A stretch of 64,000 nucleotides of DNA from a virus. This document shows positions 46,845 through 54,629 of the stretch, in pieces; within the stretch, counting starts at the first letter, position 1, and each line of letters opens with the position of its first letter. The stretch lies in IMG/VR virus record IMGVR_UViG_3300031227_000013. One strand, 5' to 3'. The notes beneath the pieces were generated by a model. That model made no database searches and was not told where the DNA came from. It worked only from the letters and a program-made list of their open reading frames with translations. Made by a program: the position numbers and the translations under genes.

Positions 46845-47234
46845 TTAAATAACTCTGAATACATTATTTAGTATCCACCATATCTTCTTACCTGTATAAG
46901 CCATCCAGCCCGTTCCCTCAATATACTTTAGACTATACGTATTAGCATTTCGTATTGCTATTCCTTTACTACCTTTTATACTGAATACGAACACCGTATA
47001 GTCATAGGGGGAGTAACCATATCTTACCTCATCCCCTTTAACCAGTTGCCCTTTATACTTTATAACTTGTCCTTTTTCATTAAATATATTACACATTCTC
47101 GCGTTAAAGACGTTAGTTATAGAATCCCGAACAAACTCCTCAACCACTAAAGCCAAAACACTTACACTGAATATAAGTGCAGGTAATATATAAAGACCTG
47201 TTCTAAGTAATAGAATTCGTTCTTCCAGACACAT
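46845..47234 (-). CDS. GQL/GW family paralog with a possible N-terminal TM extension
   Basis: Hydrophobic N-terminus, then FNEKGQVIKYKGQLVKGD...EGTGWM; alternative start at 47096. Confidence 0.7.
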   Translation of the reverse strand: MCLEERILLLRTGLYILPALIFSVSVLALVVEEFVRDSITNVFNARMCNIFNEKGQVIKYKGQLVKGDEVRYGYSPYDYTVFVFSIKGSKGIAIRNANTYSLKYIEGTGWMAYTGKKIWWILNNVFRVI

Positions 47235-47269
47235 TGGGATTCCCCCCTTTCTCTTAATTTAATATATGA

Positions 47270-47467
47270 CTATTGAAATTCGAAACGCCGGGGACATTTA
47301 CCCGATCTGTTCATCCTTCTGCTTATACATCTTCCACAGAATATTCTCTTACGCACCAGACGTTTAAAGGCTTCTTCCGTCAAGCTGTTACTCACCCGTA
47401 TATTTCTATAACATTTATCGCAGTGTATTTGTACCCCTGAAAATTTTCTTGCTAACATCTTAAACAC
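47270..47467 (-). CDS. Small basic Zn-finger protein
   Basis: HCDKC...FCGRC. Confidence 0.55.
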   Translation of the reverse strand: MFKMLARKFSGVQIHCDKCYRNIRVSNSLTEEAFKRLVRKRIFCGRCISRRMNRSGKCPRRFEFQ

Positions 47468-48061
47468 TCACCTTTCTGTATCCTGTATATAGTATTCTCT
47501 TGTACCCCTCAGCTGTTCTGCATTATAAAACTCTCCCGACTGTCTATTGTAGAATGTATTGAGTATCTCAGGAGTAAAGCGGTATGTCTCCGGAGTAGTG
47601 TGGTATGTGGCAGGGATATTCATAGCAGCCATCATCTGATCTTGAGCGTGCTGTAAATACCACGCCAGACCATCTTTATACACCCAGCCCTTCCCGTCTA
47701 TAAACTCCAGATCACGCTTAATTCCTAGGAAGTTTTCCACTATCGTACAGTTATCTTTACATTCAATAACTATATACCTATCAATATCTTCTGAATTAAA
47801 ATATATAGTATCTCCTTTATTTAACTGTCCCTTATGTATAATTGGCTGCTTCATTTCATTATATACTTTCGTATATGTATAGTTCACAACGCTTACACAA
47901 TTAGTCTCCTCCGGCGTACTATTAGAAACACACTCTATGTGTCCCTGCTGATTTCCCAGAATTATAAAATTAATAATGCACCTCCATAATACTACTACTG
48001 AAGAAATCAAGATCAGAGCAGTTATTATAACTATTAATATATCTATTATCATTATATACAT
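47468..48061 (-). CDS. GQL/GW family domain fused to an N-terminal TM anchor and a C-terminal extension
   Basis: Strongly hydrophobic N-terminus; YNEMKQPIIHKGQLNKGD...DGKGWVY. Confidence 0.75.
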   Translation of the reverse strand: MYIMIIDILIVIITALILISSVVVLWRCIINFIILGNQQGHIECVSNSTPEETNCVSVVNYTYTKVYNEMKQPIIHKGQLNKGDTIYFNSEDIDRYIVIECKDNCTIVENFLGIKRDLEFIDGKGWVYKDGLAWYLQHAQDQMMAAMNIPATYHTTPETYRFTPEILNTFYNRQSGEFYNAEQLRGTREYYIQDTER

Positions 48062-48073
48062 TATAACTCCTTA

Positions 48074-48352
48074 TTAAAATCTAAATGTGACTGTGTCTAT
48101 GTTCATTGTTGTTCCATTAAGAGTCAGGCTCGGTGCACTCCAGTAACGGGAACCTGTATTCCTCCAGCCTTTCCCTTCTATAAATGTTATATCACGTTTA
48201 AACCCTACGAAGCTTTTTATTACTCCAGAGCCATCTTTACATTCGGTAACCTTATAAGGGGCACCTCCTGCCTCTATGTATACTATATCTCCTTTACATA
48301 TCTGCCCCTTGTGTTTAATGGGCTGCTTCATTTCATTATATATTATACTCAT
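48074..48352 (-). CDS. GQL/GW family paralog
   Basis: YNEMKQPIKHKGQICKGD...EGKGWR. Confidence 0.8.
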   Translation of the reverse strand: MSIIYNEMKQPIKHKGQICKGDIVYIEAGGAPYKVTECKDGSGVIKSFVGFKRDITFIEGKGWRNTGSRYWSAPSLTLNGTTMNIDTVTFRF

Positions 48353-48355
48353 TAG

Positions 48356-48574
48356 CTATCTCCGTTTAGTCCACGTCCAGCCATAATCTTTTACGAACTT
48401 TATATCATACACTATACCTTTAGGACTTATGACTTCACCTATGTCCCCCTTAAGGAGACGTATTCTTCTTTTACATGACATATGTCTACCTTTGTAAACT
48501 ACATCTCCTTTACATAGTTGCCCTTTATGCACTATCCTCTGCTTATTTTCATTATACAGATCTCCAGTACTCAT
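48356..48574 (-). CDS. GQL/GW family paralog
   Basis: YNENKQRIVHKGQLCKGD...YGWTW. Confidence 0.8.
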   Translation of the reverse strand: MSTGDLYNENKQRIVHKGQLCKGDVVYKGRHMSCKRRIRLLKGDIGEVISPKGIVYDIKFVKDYGWTWTKRR

Positions 48575-48849
48575 TAGTCCTCCTCCGAAGAAGACGACTC
48601 AGAAGAGGAAGAGGACATATCATAGTAAAAACTATAAGTAAGTTCCCAAACCCATCCGGACGTATCGAAAAAGTTCAAGACATATTCGGAACCTCCTCTA
48701 TCTCTACCGTTTCCATAAGCGCCGTTCAATCCATATACAACTATACTATTCCGTCGACGTATATCTGTGTCCAGGTATGCCATATCATCCACACTTAGCT
48801 GTCCTTTATACCTTATTTTCTTACCCAGTCTATTATATAAATTATTCAT
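48574..48849 (-). CDS. GQL/GW family paralog with Ser/Glu tail
   Basis: YNRLGKKIRYKGQLSVDD...SGWVW...SSSSSESSSSEED. Confidence 0.8.
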   Translation of the reverse strand: MNNLYNRLGKKIRYKGQLSVDDMAYLDTDIRRRNSIVVYGLNGAYGNGRDRGGSEYVLNFFDTSGWVWELTYSFYYDMSSSSSESSSSEED

Positions 48850-48885
48850 ACTTTCCTTTGTTTATAACAGTTAAAATTATATGTA

Positions 48886-49233
48886 TCATCTTCTCCCCCA
48901 TGTAGCCTGAACTTGCGGAGGAGGTGTATATCTGCGAGTTCCTGCTGACGCTTCATCGTCAGCAAGCCAGTAGGAACCATATGTGGCATCATATGTGCCA
49001 AACTCTCTTATTTCTTCATAAGGTGATAGAGTGGACCACTCCCAGCCATTATTTTTATCAAAGCTGAGATTATATATTTTTGTGTCCCTTTTAGCCCGCC
49101 CTAGCTTACCTATAACTTTTGTAACCATCAGAGGGAAACTGCTTGCCTCTTTATATACCGCATCTCCCACAGTCAGCTGCCCCCTATACTTTATAGGCTG
49201 CCTTAATCTATTATATAATTTTCCAGTATCCAT
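48886..49233 (-). CDS. GQL/GW family paralog with C-terminal extension
   Basis: YNRLRQPIKYRGQLTVGD...NGWEW. Confidence 0.8.
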   Translation of the reverse strand: MDTGKLYNRLRQPIKYRGQLTVGDAVYKEASSFPLMVTKVIGKLGRAKRDTKIYNLSFDKNNGWEWSTLSPYEEIREFGTYDATYGSYWLADDEASAGTRRYTPPPQVQATWGRR

Positions 49234-49246
49234 ATATTATCCTTTA

Positions 49247-49477
49247 TTAGTGACACGCTATTACCCAGCCCGTTCCTTCTATAAACCGTATATCATGTTC
49301 ACCGTAGTCCTCATCGATATCCCTTACAGTACCTTGATTCTCCTGCATCTTCTGTACGTCGAACTCACAGGGATCTCCTGTACCGCAACCAGTACATAAT
49401 ACCTCGTCCTTCTCATTCAATTGCCCTTTATACTTTATGGGCTGATGCATTCTGTTACTTAAAAGATAATTAGACAT
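49247..49477 (-). CDS. GQL/GW family paralog
   Basis: SNRMHQPIKYKGQLNEKD...EGTGWV. Confidence 0.8.
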   Translation of the reverse strand: MSNYLLSNRMHQPIKYKGQLNEKDEVLCTGCGTGDPCEFDVQKMQENQGTVRDIDEDYGEHDIRFIEGTGWVIACH

Positions 49478-49679
49478 TGTTGTAAGGACACCCCCCTTTA
49501 AATACCCAGCCCTCTCCTTTTCTAAATATTATAGGGTAGTGGAACATATTACCTGTATCTCCCTTTATTGTTACCTTATTAAAATGACACGCATGCTCTT
49601 CACACCTACAATTTACTTTATCCCCTGTGTTCAACTGCCCCTTGTGTTTAAGTAGTTGATTCAGATTATTTCTTAGCAT
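49470..49679 (-). CDS. GQL/GW family paralog (first gene of the array)
   Basis: RNNLNQLLKHKGQLNTGD...KGEGWVF; AGGAG RBS. Confidence 0.8.
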   Translation of the reverse strand: MLRNNLNQLLKHKGQLNTGDKVNCRCEEHACHFNKVTIKGDTGNMFHYPIIFRKGEGWVFKGGCPYNNV

Positions 49680-49692
49680 ATAAAGCTCCTAT

Positions 49693-49719
49693 GTTTATAG
49701 TTTACTGTAAACTATAAAC
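49693..49719. promoter_or_regulatory. Perfect 27-bp palindrome between the array promoter and the first RBS
   Basis: GTTTATAGTTTAC-T-GTAAACTATAAAC. Confidence 0.6.
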
Positions 49720-49747
49720 TAAAAATATTTATAGTTATTGTCTACAG

Positions 49748-49783
49748 TTATTATGCCAATAAAAAGAGTTTTATTAAGTAGCT
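49748..49783 (-). promoter_or_regulatory. Conserved promoter likely driving the paralog array (CTTAAT-N17-CATAAT)
   Basis: Motif copy directly upstream of the array. Confidence 0.75.
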
Positions 49784-50016
49784 AAAAGAAGAGACATTTA
49801 CCCTCTCTCTCCTTCCCCACTCGCACTAAGCCCCGTGAGGGACCCTGCTTTTCTCCTTGGCCAAAAGGAGACGGGCTGAGTTTAACTTCACACCTCGTAG
49901 GTGCGGATCCCCGGTACAACAGTGTCTTTCGACATGGAAAGAGTTTTTTACCCATACCCACTAAGTATAGAACCTCGGGATGATCAGTCCGTTGGGTAGA
50001 GATGCTATTCTCTACT
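49784..50016 (-). ncRNA. Putative structured ncRNA (~230 nt)
   Basis: Sits between the promoter at 50018-50053 and a hairpin/U-tract; GC-rich with multiple stems, including GTAGAGA/TCTCTAC, TGTC-GAAA-GACA, CACCT/AGGTG and CTCCTT/AAGGAG. Confidence 0.6.
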
Positions 50017-50017
50017 A

Positions 50018-50053
50018 ATATATACTGCCAAAAAAACAGCATTAATTAAGTAG
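50018..50053 (-). promoter_or_regulatory. Conserved promoter (CTTAAT-N17-CAGTAT)
   Basis: Motif copy. Confidence 0.65.
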
Positions 50054-50473
50054 TTTTTTTAGAGATAGTCCTTCCTTCCTCATGTGTTTTGCCTGCCAGG
50101 GATATTCTTTACCTCTGGGGACTACCCCTTTTTGACGCCATTCACATTTAAACTTTATGCATGCATAAGGGCGTCTTTTTTTATACTCAGTACAAATCCC
50201 CCTGACTTTATCGTACTTCAGGCATGTAAAATGGAACGACATCTTATCGCAATTATCTATCGAACGACATCCGACTTTTCTAAAATTTTTCTCCATAAAG
50301 TCAAGATCCTTGTGAATAGCATCCTCCCTAGCATGTTCTGCTTCCCAGTCAGGTTCTTGAGAGGCTGTGCTTATTAGGCTAATACAAAATCTATAACAAC
50401 ACCAGCCCCTACACTCTTTACATACATCTTTTTTATTCATCGGGCACCTTCTTAATAATACTGGGAATGGCAT
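50042..50473 (-). CDS. YkgJ-family (CxxCxxCC) Zn/Fe-chelating protein
   Basis: CKECRGWCC...CLKY...ICTEYKKRRPYACIKFKC; true start is probably MNKKD. Confidence 0.65.
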   Translation of the reverse strand: MPFPVLLRRCPMNKKDVCKECRGWCCYRFCISLISTASQEPDWEAEHAREDAIHKDLDFMEKNFRKVGCRSIDNCDKMSFHFTCLKYDKVRGICTEYKKRRPYACIKFKCEWRQKGVVPRGKEYPWQAKHMRKEGLSLKKLLN

Positions 50474-50621
50474 AACCTACCACTACCATAGCCAGTACGA
50501 TGTTAAACCAACTTCCCTCATAGTTGAAGTTGATTACATCATACTTCATGCAGATGATATTTCCAGCCACTAGAAACCCAGCTAGAAATATCATCAAACT
50601 TGCAATTATTTTATACCACAT
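50433..50621 (-). CDS. Small two-TM membrane protein
   Basis: Two hydrophobic helices. Confidence 0.5.
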   Translation of the reverse strand: MWYKIIASLMIFLAGFLVAGNIICMKYDVINFNYEGSWFNIVLAMVVVGYAIPSIIKKVPDE

Positions 50622-50781
50622 CCGCTACCTGTAGCTTAGCCAGTTGTTTCTTACTCTCTCCAGGTCTTATCTGGAGGACAGAGATTTTCTCTGCCATGGA
50701 TAGCGCTTTCCACTCTGCTAACCGAGCTTCCGCCTCTGTCTTACGGACAGCTTTTGCTGCTGTTCCTTTTCTTGCACTCAT
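50611..50781 (-). CDS. Small basic helical protein (56 aa)
   Basis: Translated by hand: MSARKGTAAKAVRKTEAEARLAEWKALS...; AAGGAG RBS downstream of the promoter. Confidence 0.55.
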   Translation of the reverse strand: MSARKGTAAKAVRKTEAEARLAEWKALSMAEKISVLQIRPGESKKQLAKLQVADVV

Positions 50782-50818
50782 TCCCTATCTCCTTATGTTA
50801 GGGGTTATTTGTTTCTAG

Positions 50819-50856
50819 TATATAATGCCAACAAAAGGAGTTTTATTAAGTAGCTA
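50819..50856 (-). promoter_or_regulatory. Conserved promoter (CTTAAT-N17-CATTAT)
   Basis: Motif copy. Confidence 0.75.
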
Positions 50857-50881
50857 AAAGAAAGCCCAATACCGGGCTTTC
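50857..50881 (-). terminator. Intrinsic terminator
   Basis: AGAAAGCCC-GGTATT-GGGCTTTCT followed by TTT. Confidence 0.8.
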
Positions 50882-51000
50882 TAATCAGCTAAGCCTGTAG
50901 AGCTCAGCTGTTGCGCCCCTATTTTTTATATTCGGTGAAAAAATAGGGAATAACACCATCTCTATACAGAGGGCCTTCTTCCATGACATAAAGGGATCCT
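50882..51000 (-). ncRNA. Putative small RNA (or 34-codon ORF) in its own promoter-terminator unit
   Basis: Hairpins CCCTATTTTTT/AAAAAATAGGG and CAGCTGAGC/GCTTAGCTG; flanked by promoter 51007-51043 and terminator 50857-50881. Confidence 0.45.
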
Positions 51001-51006
51001 CATCAG

Positions 51007-51043
51007 TATATAATGCCAATAAAATGGATTTAATTAAGTAGCT
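51007..51043 (-). promoter_or_regulatory. Conserved promoter (CTTAAT-N17-CATTAT)
   Basis: Motif copy. Confidence 0.75.
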
Positions 51044-51071
51044 AAAAAAGAGTGTCGTACGACACTCTTTA
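51044..51071 (-). terminator. Intrinsic terminator after Nampt
   Basis: AAAGAGTGTCG-TA-CGACACTCTTT followed by TTT. Confidence 0.8.
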
Positions 51072-51076
51072 ATATA

Positions 51077-52444
51077 TTATAACTTGGCATTCTCTCTGAC
51101 TTCATCGAAAGACATATCCCGCTTCAACTCCCCGTTCTCAAATACTACTTCGAGAAGATCTTCTCCTGAAGTCTGTTGTGAAACGGTGCGGAAAGTCTTG
51201 CCTTCCTTGATAAGCTTAAGTTTCCCGCGCTTACTGACTTTACTTTTGTCAACGGGATCCTTCCAGATATCATGCCAAATACCTTTACGGCGTTGTGCCG
51301 AAGACTTGAAAGCGAACCGCTGTGTATCACGATTAACCTTCTGTAACAGCCCTCCTCCCATACCGAAAACGATACAGTCGGAACTCCACCCATATGACTT
51401 TAGAGTATCCAGGATATGATTGATTCCTTCTTTATCAATCCCATCCCCCCAGAGAACTCCAATATTCGGATGTAGTGCTTTGTAGCCCTTACTGTTCTTA
51501 TAGCTACCAAACTTCTCTGCTAGAAGCTCAACAACTTTAAGGCTAGTACGTACAGGCTCCCCGGAATCCGGGCGAAAAACTACTTTACATTTACCTGTCA
51601 TTATCTTATTACCATATGCCTTGTGTGTATTCTCTATGAACTTTATGTAGTCGTATGAATCAATAACCACACTGAGTATACCTTCAGGATACTTATCAAG
51701 CAAACTTCCCATCATTTCCATCTCTCCGGCTTCCCCGAGAGCGGTCATTATACTGTGCTCAGTAGCTGGAACAGAATAAGCACATACAGGAGCGTTGTAA
51801 TACTCCATAGCAAACTCCAGAGCTTGTATAGTATCTGTGCCCTGGAAGTTTACAAGATGTCCTGCTCCTCCGGATCCTGCACTCTCCACACTGGATACTC
51901 CTCTGAACCCGAAATCATGCAGCATGAAATCAAGACGCTCCATGTTCTCTGAGGTGTTATTCAGATAGTTCTTCATCATCTTCTTACATTCCCGACTCAA
52001 CGTAGCTACTGTAGACGCGTACCACAAGTGCGTCAGCACAGTCTCAATGTATCCAGTTAACCACGGTGATTCGGTGTCAGTGTTCTGAACAGACATCATA
52101 ATATTATCTATGCTTATGGGTGTCCCCTCAGGAACGGCTTTTATGCGTACAGGTAACATGCCTTGATGCTTATCCAGCATGTTCTCCCATCCCTCTCTGT
52201 TGAAAGCTCCGGGACCTAGATGTGTATCTATTACAGCTTGTGCCTGCTGTATCTTACCAGCAGTCAGAACACTCCCTGTGAAGTATTCTTTAAGCAGATA
52301 CTGCAGCCCGAAGAATACAGTATTATTGAATGTCGCACCCTTTCTTGCTTCCATGTAACTGTATACATACTCGGTGCCTTCAGGCAGCATGGAAAAATGC
52401 CCCATTTTATATGAATCTGAAAGTAAACATATGTTATTTTTCAT
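51077..52444 (-). CDS. nadV: Nicotinamide phosphoribosyltransferase (Nampt)
   Basis: LSDSYKMGH, LHDFGFRGVSS, SVPATEHS, SVVIDSYD, VFRPDSGEP, LWGDGI, FGMGGGLLQKVNRDTQRFAFK; start placed at MKNNICLL. Confidence 0.93.
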   Translation of the reverse strand: MKNNICLLSDSYKMGHFSMLPEGTEYVYSYMEARKGATFNNTVFFGLQYLLKEYFTGSVLTAGKIQQAQAVIDTHLGPGAFNREGWENMLDKHQGMLPVRIKAVPEGTPISIDNIMMSVQNTDTESPWLTGYIETVLTHLWYASTVATLSRECKKMMKNYLNNTSENMERLDFMLHDFGFRGVSSVESAGSGGAGHLVNFQGTDTIQALEFAMEYYNAPVCAYSVPATEHSIMTALGEAGEMEMMGSLLDKYPEGILSVVIDSYDYIKFIENTHKAYGNKIMTGKCKVVFRPDSGEPVRTSLKVVELLAEKFGSYKNSKGYKALHPNIGVLWGDGIDKEGINHILDTLKSYGWSSDCIVFGMGGGLLQKVNRDTQRFAFKSSAQRRKGIWHDIWKDPVDKSKVSKRGKLKLIKEGKTFRTVSQQTSGEDLLEVVFENGELKRDMSFDEVRENAKL

Positions 52445-52446
52445 TT

Positions 52447-53424
52447 TTATTTTCCCTCTGAAAATTGATTGTTGCCTAATGAAGATGTTTTTAGTCTTCC
52501 TATAACCCATCCGTTATGAGTATATTTAGGTAATTCCAATAGTGAAATCCTTTTAGAACTATCTTTTTCATTATTCATCCATACAGTATTTTTCATCTTT
52601 TTAGATATTTTATCTTTCTGAGACTGTGAAAAAATCTTTCTACCTTTAGTGCCTCCTTTTGCCCAACCCTCTTTTAAATATTCAGATAATTGACTAGAGT
52701 TTATTCTTGTTTGTCTATTATTTTTAGTAATGACTATACATCCTTTTACAGTACCTAAATTTTTTGTATTTATTCTCCCTCTCACCCATCCATCTTCTAA
52801 ATAATTAGTAAGTCGCACACCTTTAGCCATTTTATCAATCCCGTCCTTATTTATCCAAACGGTATTTTTACCCCCCTCTGATATTTTCTGTTTCACCTCA
52901 AGTCCATGAATATGTCCTTTATTTCCAAGCCCTATTTTATCTCTGGTAATTTGGCTATGGGTTTTCCTATGTAAAATAATTCTACCTTTAACCCAGCCCT
53001 TCTCGACATATTTATCCATTTCTTCTTGAACAATACGCCTACAAGTATCCCCTCTCTTTACCCATATCTTTTTTTTGTTTGTCTCAGAAATTTTTAATTT
53101 CCACTCATCATTCTCCTTAAGCATTTTTATATACCTGTCTCGAGCGTATTTATATATATGTGAGTTTGGTCTATCCCCTAAAGACATGCAAAAGCTATTA
53201 AAAGCATATATCAGTTTAAAATTTCCCCTATGTATTTTAACTAATATCCAATGGGCTAGAAAATGTTCTCTTGCTGTGAGTAGAACCAGATTATTTATAT
53301 CATTGGTTCCATTCATACATTTAGGTATAATATGATGACGCTCATAATAGATATCATCATCTATACTTCTGTTAGACTGCTGTGCTTTAGAAATTAAATT
53401 GTTGTATAGTCCTACGTTGTTCAC
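52447..53424 (-). CDS. Free-standing HNH homing endonuclease with NUMOD-like repeats
   Basis: YYERHHIIPKCMNGTNDINNLVLLTAREHFLAHWIL; repeated W[MI]N...GW.xGR modules. Confidence 0.85.
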   Translation of the reverse strand: MNNVGLYNNLISKAQQSNRSIDDDIYYERHHIIPKCMNGTNDINNLVLLTAREHFLAHWILVKIHRGNFKLIYAFNSFCMSLGDRPNSHIYKYARDRYIKMLKENDEWKLKISETNKKKIWVKRGDTCRRIVQEEMDKYVEKGWVKGRIILHRKTHSQITRDKIGLGNKGHIHGLEVKQKISEGGKNTVWINKDGIDKMAKGVRLTNYLEDGWVRGRINTKNLGTVKGCIVITKNNRQTRINSSQLSEYLKEGWAKGGTKGRKIFSQSQKDKISKKMKNTVWMNNEKDSSKRISLLELPKYTHNGWVIGRLKTSSLGNNQFSEGK

Positions 53425-53435
53425 TTAGTACCTCC

Positions 53436-53468
53436 GTGTGTTAGCTTATATCATATAAGCTAACACAC
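53436..53468 (-). promoter_or_regulatory. Perfect 15-bp hairpin abutting the HNH gene RBS
   Basis: GTGTGTTAGCTTATA-TGA-TATAAGCTAACACAC, followed by GGAGGT and a GTG start. Confidence 0.55.
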
Positions 53469-53485
53469 AAAAGATACAATTACAA

Positions 53486-54394
53486 CTATACTATAGAATC
53501 TCCCTCCATTATTAATAATCCCATCCCCAATAGTTTTTCCATTAGCGGACGGTGTACCTCATTGATTTCCTCTACTTTGATATGTGTCATATCAAACCAC
53601 TTCAGCCCGCATATATCATCCATCGGTTTAGGAGAGCCGAATACATACTTGGCTTTAAAGAATGTCGTTACGATATTGTCCTGTTCACCCTTATATCTCC
53701 AATCATCGATAGGCAAGCTGCAGATATATTCCATATCTCCAACTTCCAATCCTGTCTCCTCCAACACCTCTCTGCGGGCATCTACGTCAAAAGACGTCTT
53801 ACCGTCCGCGAAACCCCCTACGAAGCGCCACGTGTCCTCTCCGGGCTTCTGTGCAAGAAGTACCTCATTATCCCTGATTATAGCGATATCCACTGTAGGA
53901 ATACATCTGGGGTATTGATGGTATGCTCTCCATATGACACCCATTCTGAATTCCTGAGAAGAAACTACCTTAGAACTTACCTTCTCCCGCTCCTGAGAAC
54001 CGGAGATATATATCTCAGGCTCCAGCTCTACTACAGGGAAATAACCTGAATAATGCTTAATGAAAGCATCTCTGCCTCCATACAGGGTTACGTTTTCCGC
54101 GGGACTCTTGAGTTTGTTGATCTCTCTGTCCAGGGTTGTAGACCATACTTCGTCGTTACGCATGTCCTGTATATACCCTACAATGATCTCCGGAAATGTC
54201 TGGAGTATCATCTGCTTACGGGCTTCGTAATCTAGAGGGTTGTTCTTTGTCCCGACACATACAGACAGCCCTAGAAATATAATAACCTTATTGTGCTCGT
54301 TCCGGACACTTTGAATTAACTGCTTGTGTCCCTCGTGCAGTTCGGCTACCTGAAACCTACCGACTATTACTCCTACGTTTACTTTTGTTTTCAT
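53486..54394 (-). CDS. natV: Bifunctional NMN adenylyltransferase / Nudix (ADP-ribose) hydrolase
   Basis: VGRFQVAELHEGH (HxGH), NPLDYEARKQMI, ISGSQER; Nudix box GGFADG...ARREVLEETGL. Confidence 0.9.
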   Translation of the reverse strand: MKTKVNVGVIVGRFQVAELHEGHKQLIQSVRNEHNKVIIFLGLSVCVGTKNNPLDYEARKQMILQTFPEIIVGYIQDMRNDEVWSTTLDREINKLKSPAENVTLYGGRDAFIKHYSGYFPVVELEPEIYISGSQEREKVSSKVVSSQEFRMGVIWRAYHQYPRCIPTVDIAIIRDNEVLLAQKPGEDTWRFVGGFADGKTSFDVDARREVLEETGLEVGDMEYICSLPIDDWRYKGEQDNIVTTFFKAKYVFGSPKPMDDICGLKWFDMTHIKVEEINEVHRPLMEKLLGMGLLIMEGDSIV

Positions 54395-54407
54395 TAATTC
54401 TCCATTG

Positions 54408-54629
54408 TTAAGTCCAGCTAAACGCTTTACCAATCATATCGTTGAGTTGATTTTCAAAATAAGTACCCACATACCTTTCATCACCGCCGTAATTCGGGAC
54501 TTCAAATAGTAAATACATATCGTTACACCTATAACAAACCGCACCTCCATCTTGAAAAGTGTTAAAGTAGCAATGCTCCCCATTCTTTAAGTTCTCTATT
54601 TTTTCAGAGGCTTGTTTTTGTGTTTTCAT
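54408..54629 (-). CDS. Hypothetical protein
   Basis: 73 aa ORF with ATGA overlap. Confidence 0.55.
   Translation of the reverse strand: MKTQKQASEKIENLKNGEHCYFNTFQDGGAVCYRCNDMYLLFEVPNYGGDERYVGTYFENQLNDMIGKAFSWT

Larger units (their letters stand above)
34043..49679 (-). repeat. Tandem gene array of about 46 GQL/GW-family paralogs
   Basis: Repeated coding units of about 200-250 bp with conserved YNxxxQxIx[HY][KR]GQLxxGD and GxGW motifs; many ATGA/TAATG overlaps. Confidence 0.9.

Noticed and set aside
34043-49679. CRISPR array or diversity-generating retroelement
   Set aside because: The repeated parts are degenerate, codon-structured and protein-coding rather than identical DNA repeats; no cas genes, reverse transcriptase or TR/VR pair differing only at adenines was seen
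49782-50042. 86-aa ORF from the track
   Set aside because: It would start inside the promoter motif, has no RBS, and covers a strongly base-paired region better explained as RNA
50985-51006. Hammerhead ribozyme (CTGATGAG)
   Set aside because: No complementary stem II or GAAA core follows; the match overlaps the likely transcription start
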